From an uncultured Gemmatimonadales bacterium (GTDB lineage Bacteria > Gemmatimonadota > Gemmatimonadetes > Longimicrobiales > RSA9): a stretch of DNA of 64,000 nucleotides. This document shows, in pieces, positions 55,391-64,000 of the stretch (position 1 is the stretch's first letter; every line of letters starts with the position of its first letter). Where the stretch lies: the NCBI GenBank assembly GCA_963798085.1, contig CAWCRS010000007.1, positions 1,536,001-1,600,000 of the forward strand. Reading direction: 5' to 3'. The position numbers were made by a program, and so were the translations under genes. The notes below the pieces were generated by a model, which was given only the letters and a program-made list of their open reading frames with translations, was not told where the DNA came from and searched no databases.

Positions 55391-56326
55391 ATGCAAGCTG
55401 TGAACGGAAGCGAACATAAGAGCCTCACAAGGGCCGGTTACGTGGCCCTCGTCGGTCGTCCCAACGTCGGCAAATCCACCCTCCTGAATGCCCTGATCGG
55501 TGAAAAGCTGAGCATCGTGACGCCGCGCGCGCAGACCACGCGCAATGCAGTGAAGGGTATTCTCACCACAGCGGACGCACAGGCGATCTTCGTGGACACG
55601 CCGGGCCTGGTGGATGCCAGCTATCTGCTGCACCGGTCCATGCTGCACACGGCGCTCAGTGCACTCGACGACGCGGATGTCATCCTGCTCCTGCTGGACG
55701 CGGCGCGGCCCGGTGAAGGGCCCCCGCCGGCAGCGACGGAGATGTTGAGTGTGCGGCGGGAATGCGTGGTCGTCGCGATAAACAAGATCGACGCAGGCAA
55801 GTCCGACGCGGTCCGCGCGTTGACTTCGTGGAGCGTTCGTGAGCTGGGTGTGGAGCCCTTACTTGTATCAGCGGCGGGTCCGTCCGGTCTGGACGTGCTG
55901 CTCGAACGGTTACTGGAAAAGCTGCCGGCGGGGCCGTTCCTCTTTCCGGAAGATGAACTGTCGGCTCAGCCCGTCCGATTCTTCGTAGAGGAGCTGGTGC
56001 GCGAAACGATCTTCGAGGAATACGAACAGGAAGTGCCGTATGCGGCGGCCGTCCGGATCGAAGAGTTCCGGGAAAGCACGGACCCGGTCTACATTCGCGC
56101 CGTGATCTACGTCGAGCGCGTGAGCCAGAAAGCGATCGTGGTGGGCCATGCGGGGGAGCGCATCAAGACGCTTGGCTCACGGGCCAGGCAGAAGATCGAG
56201 GCATTCATCGAGCGACCCGTGTATCTGGATCTCTGGGTCAAGACATTGCCAGGCTGGCGCCGCAAGGCGGGCGCCATGAAATACCTCGGCTACCCGCTTC
56301 CCCCCGGAGAGCACGACGGGCCCTGA
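55391..56326 (+). CDS. era: GTPase Era
   Basis: Motifs [18 protein letters not shown] and NKID; KH domain YLDLWVK. Confidence 0.96.
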   Translation: MQAVNGSEHKSLTRAGYVALVGRPNVGKSTLLNALIGEKLSIVTPRAQTTRNAVKGILTTADAQAIFVDTPGLVDASYLLHRSMLHTALSALDDADVILLLLDAARPGEGPPPAATEMLSVRRECVVVAINKIDAGKSDAVRALTSWSVRELGVEPLLVSAAGPSGLDVLLERLLEKLPAGPFLFPEDELSAQPVRFFVEELVRETIFEEYEQEVPYAAAVRIEEFRESTDPVYIRAVIYVERVSQKAIVVGHAGERIKTLGSRARQKIEAFIERPVYLDLWVKTLPGWRRKAGAMKYLGYPLPPGEHDGP

Positions 56327-56396
56327 CGGCGGCGCGGACATCCGATTCGACGAATCAACGGACTGGCGCGCCCCATGGGCGCGCGGGGAGAGAAAC

Positions 56397-56561
56397 ATGC
56401 TCGACAAGCAGCTGCTGGAGATCCTGGTGTGCCCGAAATGCAAGGGTGACCTGGAGTACCGCAAGGACGAGAACGAGCTGGTGTGTCGGGCCTGCCGTCT
56501 GCGCTACGAAGTGCGTGACGACATACCCATCATGCTGGTGGACGAAGCAAAACCCCTCTAG
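56397..56561 (+). CDS. Trm112-like protein (54 aa, absent from the ORF track)
   Basis: [19 protein letters not shown]...[25 protein letters not shown]. Confidence 0.9.
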   Translation: MLDKQLLEILVCPKCKGDLEYRKDENELVCRACRLRYEVRDDIPIMLVDEAKPL

Positions 56562-56576
56562 GAATCCTCATTTTTC

Positions 56577-57573
56577 GTGCAGCGCCGCAGGCTTCGCGAC
56601 CTGGGTTTCGCCGCGGGCGCGGCGTTATGCATGGTGCGGTGCGCAGTGCGACCCGCGCCGCTCCATGCACAATCGGGTGAGGTGAGTGCCCGGGAATGCT
56701 GCAGCGAACTGCTTCTATCGATCGGCGCACGCACGTTGAGCCTGGGTGATGCGGTGAGTGCGCGCACCTCGGTAGGCTCGCTCTTCGCCAATCCGGCGCT
56801 GATCAGCGAAGCCCGGACCGACGAATTCCTGGTCCACAACGTCAACACGACGCTGGACAATTCCAACACCTTCACGCTGTTCATTCACTCCAACGTCATT
56901 GGTTCGATCGGGCTGAGCTGGCGGCTGGTGGACTACGGCGAGCAGGAATGCCACGCAGTCGCAGGGCGGCGTCATCACGGGGAAGTTGTCGGTGTTCGCG
57001 CAAGTACTGACGGCGACATACGCGACATCGGTGGTGCCCGGTGTGAATGCGGGCGCGAGCTTCGAGATCTATCAGTTCCGCCAGGACTGCCAGGGTGTCT
57101 GCGAGAAGGTGCCGCCCGCCACCACCGAGGGACTGGATGTCGGCCTGCAGTATCTGCCGCGGCAGCTGCGCACGCTGCAGCTGGGAGCATCGGTGCTGCA
57201 CCTGGGCTTTCCCTTTCAGGTCGTGAATCACGCGCAGTCATCGCCGACCCCGGTTCGAGTGCGCGTGGGCGGCGCCTACGAAATCGGCCACCATTTCCTG
57301 GCCGACACGACGGTCGCGGCGTGGATCTCGACCGATTTCGTAACCAGCCCGCGCGGCCAGGGATCGCAGATCAACGTGGGCGCAGAGCTTTCACTGCAGC
57401 AGACCATCTTCCTGCGCGGCGGTTACGCGGGTGGCTCCGGCATCAACAGTGGCGCGGCAGCGGGTGTAGGTCTGCGGTACGACCGCTTCGAGCTGGATGT
57501 GGCGAAATCGTTCGTCAGCACGGCCATCGACGAGACCGAGCCCATCCGCATCACGTTCGGCATCCACTTCTGA
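56577..57573 (+). CDS. PorV/PorQ/FadL-like beta-barrel protein, with a frameshift near 56950-56965
   Basis: Signal peptide, LLSIGARTLSLGDA...FANPAL, IFLRGGY, terminal ITFGIHF. Confidence 0.68.
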
Positions 57574-58458
57574 TGCGCATACACGGCACGCGGGTCTCAT
57601 CGGGCGCGCGCCACGCGCTGGCGAAGCCAGGGCCGCGCTGCAACCACTGCCTGTTACGCATGCTGGCGCTCGCTATCGCGCTGTTAGTGCCGCGCGCAGG
57701 CGAGTGCCAGACCTTCGAATGCCCGCCTCACGCCCCCTCGCCTGCAGGTGCCCGTGGCGCCCGGTGTGGCGTTCGCGGCATCCGCCGTTGTCCCCGGCGC
57801 GGGTCAGTTCCTGCTGCACGCGGATCGCTGGGTGCCTTTTGCGGCCGTGGAAGCGTGGGGCTGGTTTTCGTACTTCGACCGGCGGGGCAACGGTCGCTCG
57901 CTGGCCCGCGATTTCCGCGACCTGGCCTGGTCCGTGGCGCGACGCGTCAGCGTGGGCGGCCGGCGTGACTCGATCTTCGAGTACTACGAAGCGATGTCCC
58001 ATTTCGCCTCGAGCGGTGCGCTCGATGGCGACCCGCGCACCTCCGGCGTACAGCCCGAGCTGGACAGCACGACGTTCAATGGCGAGCTGTGGGTGCTGGC
58101 CAAGGCGCTCTACTTCCCGGGCGGCATCGACATGCCTCCCGGCACGCAGGCCTACGAGCGCGCGCTGCAGTACTACCTGGGCCGCGCCATTCCCGCATCG
58201 TTCGCATGGGCGTGGGGCGACAGCAATCTCGAGCAGCAGACGTTCCGCGAACTCATCCGACGCAGCGACGAATCATTGCGCAGCTCGACGCAGATTCTGG
58301 GGCTGCTGCTGGCCAACCACATGGTGAGCGCGATCAATGCCCTGGTCGCGGGCCGGCTGCAGGCGAAGAACGCGCCGGTTCGCCTGCGTGTGGGCAGCAG
58401 CTTCGAGGCGGGCGATCCCCAGGGGCGCTGGATCCTGCAGGCGCGTGTGATCTGGTGA
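57573..58458 (+). CDS. Hypothetical exported/membrane protein, with a frameshift near 57720-57745
   Basis: Signal-like LALAIALLV in one frame, then ASAVVPGAGQ...FEYYE in the next frame. Confidence 0.55.
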
Positions 58459-58465
58459 GCGCCGG

Positions 58466-60625
58466 GTGACGGGGCTCACCGAGCGCATGGTAGCGTGGCT
58501 GCGCGATGAGGCGACGCATCCGGTGCGCCTTGCCGAGCTCGCCCGCGCACTGCGCGTGCAGCCCTCCGAACGAAAACCTTTCCGCCGCGCGCTTCGCCGC
58601 CTGATCACGGAAGGTGAAGTCTACCGCGTGCACGGCGATCGCTATGCCGTGCCCGGCCGCCTGCGTCTGATCAGCGGACTGCTCCGGGCGACGCGTCGCA
58701 ACTTCGGCATCGTCACGTCAGACGAGACCGGCGAGGAGCTGGTGATTCCGGCGAGCGCGCTCGCTGGTGCCGTGGGCGGCGATCGGGTAGTGGCGCGGGT
58801 GGAAGGCACAGCCCGGCGAGGCCGCACGGAGGGGCGCGTGATCCGCGTGCTCGAGCGCGGCCGCCAGACTGTGGTCGGACGCTTTCAGCCAGGTCGCACG
58901 CGCGGCAGCAGCATTGGTTTCGTCGTACCGGAGATGCCGGCGCTGATCCCACACGTCATCGTGGCTGCCGAGGACGCGGCCGGCGCGGTGGCAGGCGACA
59001 TCGTGCAGGTACGGGTGACCGACTGGGGCGAGGAGGGCCGCGCACCCACCGGCGCGGTGCAGCGTGTACTCGGTGCGTCCGACGCGCCCGGTGTCGATAT
59101 CCTCGCCATCGCGCTCGGTCACGAGCTGCCGATGGAATTCCCGGAACCTGCACTGGAACTGGCACAACGACTGCGCGAGCGCGGCATTCGGCCGCGTGAT
59201 CTGAAGGACCGCGAGGATCTGCGCGCATTGCACGTCGTCACAATCGATCCAGTCAATGCCAGGGATCACGACGACGCACTTTCCGTCGTTCCGCTCGGCG
59301 CCGGGACCTTCGAAGTGGGCGTACATATCGCCAATGTTTCGTACTACGTGCGCACGAATTCGCCGCTGGACAAGGAAGCGCTGCAGCGAGGCACGAGCGT
59401 GTATCTGGTGGACCGCGCGATCCCCATGCTGCCGGAGGCACTGTCATCGGACCTGTGCTCGCTGGTGCCCGATCAGGACCGCCTCACGCTGAGCGTCTTT
59501 CTCACGGTGAACACGGAAGGCCAGGTGCGCTCGATGCGGCTGGCGCAGGGCGTGATCCGCAGTCGCCATCGCCTGACTTACGATACCGTGCAGGCCGTGT
59601 TCGATGGACGGGATCGCATCGATGCCGAAACGGATCCGGTGCTGGAGCAGCTGCGCACGGTCAGCCGGCAGCTGCGGGCGCGGCGCGTCGCGCGCGGCAG
59701 CCTGGATTTCGATCTGCCGGAAGCGCGTGTCTTCCTGGACGAATCCGGCGTGCCTGTGGATGTGCAGCGAGCCGAGCGCTGGGAAAGCCACCGTCTGGTG
59801 GAAGAGCTGATGCTGGCGGCGAACGAGGCGATTGGCGGTCAGGCGACGAAGTCCGGGTACCCGTTCATCTACCGTGTTCACGAAGCGCCGGACGAAAGCC
59901 GGATGTTGCAGTTGACCGTGTATGCGCGCGCGCTCGGCTTCCAGGTGCCATTCCGGGGGCAACCACAACCCGCCCAGCTGCAGCGGCTGCTGGAGCAGAA
60001 GCCCGGCACGCCCGCCGCGCAACTGCTCGCGAGTCTGACGCTGCGCTCCATGAAGCAGGCGCGCTATCATGAGGCGGACGTCGGCCATTTCGGCCTGGCG
60101 ACGCACGACTACACGCATTTCACTTCTCCCATCCGGCGCTATCCGGATCTGCTGGTGCACCGGCTGGTGGCGGCGCATCATCTGGGCAGGGGCAGCGCCG
60201 AGCGCTACGAGGGCGAACGGGTGCGCGCGATTGCGCGCACGTCGAGTGAGCGCGAGCGCGTGGCCGCGGCGGCGGAACGCGACAGCATCGCGCTCAAGAA
60301 GGCGCGCTTCATGGCGGGCCATCTGGGTGCGACGTTCGAGGGCACCGTCAGCGACGTGCGTTCCTTCGGGGTCTTCGTTCGTCTCGATACGTACTTCATC
60401 GAAGGGCTGATCCATGTCAGCTCCCTCGGCGACGATTACTATGTCTGGGTCGAGGAACGCTTCCTGCTGACAGGGGAGCACACTGGACGCCGCTTCCAGG
60501 TGGGCCAGCGGTTGCAGGTGCAGGTGTCGAACGTCGATATGGAAGAGCGACGTATCGACTTCGTGCTCGCCCGAGAGCGCGATGCACTTCGCCGCGGCAG
60601 GCCACGGAGGAAGCGCCGGCAATGA
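58466..60625 (+). CDS. rnr: Ribonuclease R
   Basis: Motifs TIDPV(N)ARDHDDA, RGTSVY and HFTSPIRRYPD; S1 domain. Confidence 0.95.
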   Translation: MTGLTERMVAWLRDEATHPVRLAELARALRVQPSERKPFRRALRRLITEGEVYRVHGDRYAVPGRLRLISGLLRATRRNFGIVTSDETGEELVIPASALAGAVGGDRVVARVEGTARRGRTEGRVIRVLERGRQTVVGRFQPGRTRGSSIGFVVPEMPALIPHVIVAAEDAAGAVAGDIVQVRVTDWGEEGRAPTGAVQRVLGASDAPGVDILAIALGHELPMEFPEPALELAQRLRERGIRPRDLKDREDLRALHVVTIDPVNARDHDDALSVVPLGAGTFEVGVHIANVSYYVRTNSPLDKEALQRGTSVYLVDRAIPMLPEALSSDLCSLVPDQDRLTLSVFLTVNTEGQVRSMRLAQGVIRSRHRLTYDTVQAVFDGRDRIDAETDPVLEQLRTVSRQLRARRVARGSLDFDLPEARVFLDESGVPVDVQRAERWESHRLVEELMLAANEAIGGQATKSGYPFIYRVHEAPDESRMLQLTVYARALGFQVPFRGQPQPAQLQRLLEQKPGTPAAQLLASLTLRSMKQARYHEADVGHFGLATHDYTHFTSPIRRYPDLLVHRLVAAHHLGRGSAERYEGERVRAIARTSSERERVAAAAERDSIALKKARFMAGHLGATFEGTVSDVRSFGVFVRLDTYFIEGLIHVSSLGDDYYVWVEERFLLTGEHTGRRFQVGQRLQVQVSNVDMEERRIDFVLARERDALRRGRPRRKRRQ

Positions 60626-60704
60626 GTGTCGTTTGACACTTTCCTCCGGGCGCGGCTACTTTTTGCCGCCACCCGGTTCACTGCAACAAGTTGGTCCCGC
60701 TGCC

Positions 60705-61716
60705 ATGGGCGCTCGAAAGGTACTGGTCTACTTCTCTCCGGGAGGCCGTCCCATTCCGCCCGTGCTCCTGGCGTTTGCCCAGCTCCAGGGCCTGGACATG
60801 ATGGCGCTGAACGACCCGGAACAGGTCGAAGCGCTGGTCAACCGGTCCCTGCCCGCCGGCGTCATCCTCGACACCATGAGCGAAGACGCGGCGCTGACGA
60901 TCTGCCGCAAGTTGAAGCGCGACCCGTTCACGGCCATTGTGCCCGTGGCGCTCGTGGCGCAGCCGGGCCGCGAAGATCTGGTGCTGAGCGGCCTGGAGGC
61001 GGGGGCCGACGAAGTGCTCACGGGCGGAATGGTGGAGCGCGAGCAGATTCTGCGGCTGCGCATGGTGCTGCACCGCGCGGACCGCGATGTCAGCGTGCAC
61101 CCCACTACGCGACTGCCCGGGACCATTCAGATCGAGCGCGACATCGCCGAGCGGATGAAGCGCGGCGGCATGTTCGCGGTCTGCTACGCGGACCTCGATC
61201 ATTTCAAGGAATTCAACGACCGGTACGGCTACAACGAAGGGGATCGCGTAATCCGCGTCCTCGCACGCATACTTCGGGATGTGGTGCGCGGTCATTCCCC
61301 GGAAGGATTCGTGGGCCATATCGGAGGCGACGATTTCATTTTCAATGTGCCACTCGAGCGCATGCGCATTCTGCTGCGAAGAGATCATCGAGATCTTCGA
61401 CGAGATCATTCCGTTCCAGTACACGGAAGAAGACCGCCGCGCGGGCTACTTCCTGGGGCGTGATCGTCGCGGCAACATCGTGTGGGTGCCGCTCATGACG
61501 CTGTCCATCGGGGTCGTGACGAACGAGCACCGGCGCTTCGAGCACACCGCCCGTGTGAGCGAGCTGGCCACCGAGATGAAGACGTTCGCCAAGAAGCTTC
61601 CCGGATCCGTGTACGCAGTCGACCGTCGTACCACGACCGGGGGTACATACTACGGCAGGAACATCAGCTCAACCGGCGAACTCGAAGCCTTCGAAGCGAC
61701 CACCGACCTCCCATGA
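60705..61716 (+). CDS. Receiver-like plus GGDEF domain protein, with a frameshift near 61369
   Basis: GLEAGADE, DLDHFKEFNDRYG..EGD and GHIGGDDF, continuing as PLMTLSIGVV. Confidence 0.82.
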
Positions 61717-62318
61717 ATATCCGTTGTCCGCAATGCCAGACCGTGTTTCGCGTGGACCCGTCGCGGATCCCCCCCGACGGTGCCAAGGCGAAATGCGCGC
61801 GGTGTGGCGCGAAGTTCGTCGTGCGCCCGCCGTCCGCGAACGAAGCGGCCGCCGCGCATGCCGCAGCCCCGCATCCACCACACACGACATCCACGCATGC
61901 GCACGCAGGCGCTCCGGGTTCGCCCGGCCCGATGCGCACATCGCCGTCGGCCTCGCCGGTTGCCCCCGCTGCGACAGCGCCGCCATTGATGGCAGCCAGC
62001 GCCAGCGCAGCACCGGCAGCCGTGGCCGAGCGCGCGACGCGCCCTGTGACAGCCCCGCCAGGCACACCCGGCGCCCGCGATCCCAACGTGCGCGCCGAAC
62101 GGCTGGCGCGCGCCCTGGTCTCCGACATCGTCGCGTATCACCCCGAACGCCGCGACCGCAGCCTCGCCGACGGCACGCTGCGCACCGAGTTCCGCGATGA
62201 GATCATGAAGAGCTGGGACGAATACGTCGCCCAGGTCGGCTCGACCGTGGCCAAGTCCACGCCCTTCTTCCGCGATGCCCTCAACAAGATCCTGGCCAAG
62301 GGGCAGAACGTCTTTTGA
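61713..62318 (+). CDS. MJ0042-type zinc-ribbon protein with an Ala/Pro linker and a helical C-terminal domain
   Basis: MNIRCPQCQTVFRVD...KCARCGAKF; RAERLARALVSDIVAY. Confidence 0.8.
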   Translation: MNIRCPQCQTVFRVDPSRIPPDGAKAKCARCGAKFVVRPPSANEAAAAHAAAPHPPHTTSTHAHAGAPGSPGPMRTSPSASPVAPAATAPPLMAASASAAPAAVAERATRPVTAPPGTPGARDPNVRAERLARALVSDIVAYHPERRDRSLADGTLRTEFRDEIMKSWDEYVAQVGSTVAKSTPFFRDALNKILAKGQNVF

Positions 62319-62324
62319 CGGACA

Positions 62325-62720
62325 GTTGCCGGGGCTGGGGCTCGGGCTGGTTGCCGAGGAACGGCGTGACGGATTCGGGCGTTGCTGGCGCTGGAGAACG
62401 GATCCGGACTCAACTGGGCTGCTGGCCGGGCGATGACGCACGGAGTCCGCTCCGGGATGGGGATTGCGCACAGAACGCAGCGCCGTGTTAGTGCTGTCCT
62501 GACGCTCAGACCGCCCGCCGCGAGGATGGGGACCCTAACGTTGAGCTAGACGGGAGGCCGCCAGGACACGCCAGCCCGTGAATCGGGATCCGTTCCCGGG
62601 CAACCAGCCCGGGCCCCAGCCCCGCCAACGCCTCGAATCCGTTCCCGCCGTTCCCCAGCAACCAGCCCCAGCCAACCAGCTCCGGCAACGCCTCGCATCG
62701 GTTCTGCGCCGTTTCCCGGC
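62325..62720. repeat. Intergenic array of a ~58-61-bp unit in inverted and tandem orientation
   Basis: 62325-62364 is nearly the reverse complement of 62590-62629; tandem copies start at 62590, 62648 and about 62709. Confidence 0.8.
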
Positions 62721-62835
62721 CCAGGTGCACAGGCCGCGCCCCAGCAGCGCAGTTCGAGCCGAAACGTGAACCCCACACACGGGTAGACAGGCGGGGCCGT
62801 CCGATCGGGCGGCGCAGCTCTTCCAGGGAGAGGCA

Positions 62836-63946
62836 ATGGGCACGGAGACGGGGAACGTCCTGCAACCCGAGCGCGAGCGGCTGCATGCGCTCGGAGGCTA
62901 TCTTTGACGTTGCGAACAGGCGAGTTCGCATCGCGGCGCTGGATGCGCGCATGGCGGAGCCCGGGTTCTGGGATGATCCGGCAGGCGCGCGGGATGTGAT
63001 CAGCGAGTCCAAGGCGCTGAAGGCGTGGGTCGAGCCGTGGGATGAGCTGGCAGCGAAGGTGGATGAACTGGAAGAGCTGGCGGCGCTGCTGGAGAGCGAT
63101 CCCGACCCGGACGTGGAAAGCGACTGGCAGAGCGAACTGGAGCGGCTGCGCGACGCCATCGACCGGCTGGAGGTGCGCGCGCTGCTCAGGGGCCCTGACG
63201 ATGCCCGTGACGCGATTCTCACGGTGCACCCGGGCGCCGGCGGCACCGAGTCCCAGGACTGGGCCGAGATGCTGGTGCGCATGTACAGCCGCTGGGCGGA
63301 CCGGCACGGCTTCGAAGTGGAGGTGCTCGACCTGCAGGCGGGTGAAGAAGCGGGCATCAAGAGCGCTTCGTTGGAAATCCGCGGCACCTACGCATTCGGC
63401 TACCTGAAGTCGGAGAAGGGCGTGCACCGCCTGGTGCGCATTTCGCCTTTCGACGCGCAGAAACGGCGGCACACGTCATTTGCCAGCGTGTTCGTCTATC
63501 CGGTGGTCGATGACACCATCGACATCAAGATCGAAGAGAAGGATCTGCGCGTGGACACCTTCCGTGCGTCGGGGGCGGGCGGGCAGCACGTCAACAAGAC
63601 GAGCTCGGCCGTGCGCATAACGCATCTTCCCAGCGGCATCGTGGTGCAGTGCCAGAACGAGCGCAGCCAGTTCCAGAACAAGGCGACGGCGATGAAGATG
63701 CTGCGCGCCGAGCTGTACCAGGCGGAGCGCGACCGGCAGGATGCGGAGCGCCAGAAGCTGGAGGATGAGAAGACGGAGATCGCGTGGGGTAATCAGATCC
63801 GGTCCTATGTGTTCCAGCCGTACACGATGGTGAACGATCATCGCACCGAGTTGAAGATCGCCGATGTACAACGTGTGATGGATGGCGACCTGGATGGGTT
63901 CATTGAGGCGTTTCTGAAACAGCATGCCCACCGCGGCGCGGCGTGA
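62836..63946 (+). CDS. prfB: Peptide chain release factor 2 with a programmed +1 frameshift
   Basis: ATG at 62836; GGAGG-CTAT-CTT-TGA-C at 62893-62908; SPF and GGQ motifs. Confidence 0.97.
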
Positions 63947-64000
63947 TGGGGACGAAAATGGAAGAGACGGTCGGCTATGTGCGGCAGGATCGGCTGGAGA
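63946..64000 (+). CDS. Start of the next gene, possibly lysyl-tRNA synthetase
   Basis: ATG overlaps the prfB stop; product guessed only from common prfB-lysS synteny. Confidence 0.3.
   Translation, partial: MGTKMEETVGYVRQDRLE

Noticed and set aside
62486..62555. Integron attC-like half sites (GTTAGTG ... CCCTAACGTTGAGCTAGAC)
   Set aside because: There is no complementary partner arm, cassette ORF or integrase.

Overview
A high-GC stretch of core bacterial chromosome. Gene content, gene order and the rRNA suggest Gemmatimonadota, which is an inference and not a search result. From left to right it holds ribBA-ribH-nusB-GT4-hpf-hprK and a complete mannose-family PTS (IIA/B/C/D, HPr, EI), then recO, selB, dusB, larB and tmRNA. 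Next come a giant cyclic beta-1,2-glucan synthase, hldA/rfaE1, ridA, a DAK2-DegV fusion, ettA, tRNA-Sec and deoC with an ALDH16-type dehydrogenase. An envelope cluster follows (HEAT-cyclophilin lipoprotein, zincin/propeller Omp85, LptE, rfaE2), then rph, rdgB, four tRNAs, a 16S-23S-5S operon, era, a PorV-like gene, rnr, a GGDEF protein and prfB with its programmed +1 frameshift. I found no integrase, transposase, cas gene or true CRISPR array. The most striking signal lies below the gene level: a recurrent, motif-specific CGAT(G)->CAAT(G) change (ATCG->ATTG on the other strand). It replaces conserved Asp residues, alters highly conserved 16S/23S bases and creates an in-frame stop. The likeliest cause is a sequence-specific DNA modification mis-called during long-read sequencing. 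Many single-base frameshifts in housekeeping genes also point to an unpolished assembly. Other candidates worth follow-up are a stand-alone secreted T9SS-CTD/FlgD-like protein with its own promoter and operator, and two non-coding repeat structures.
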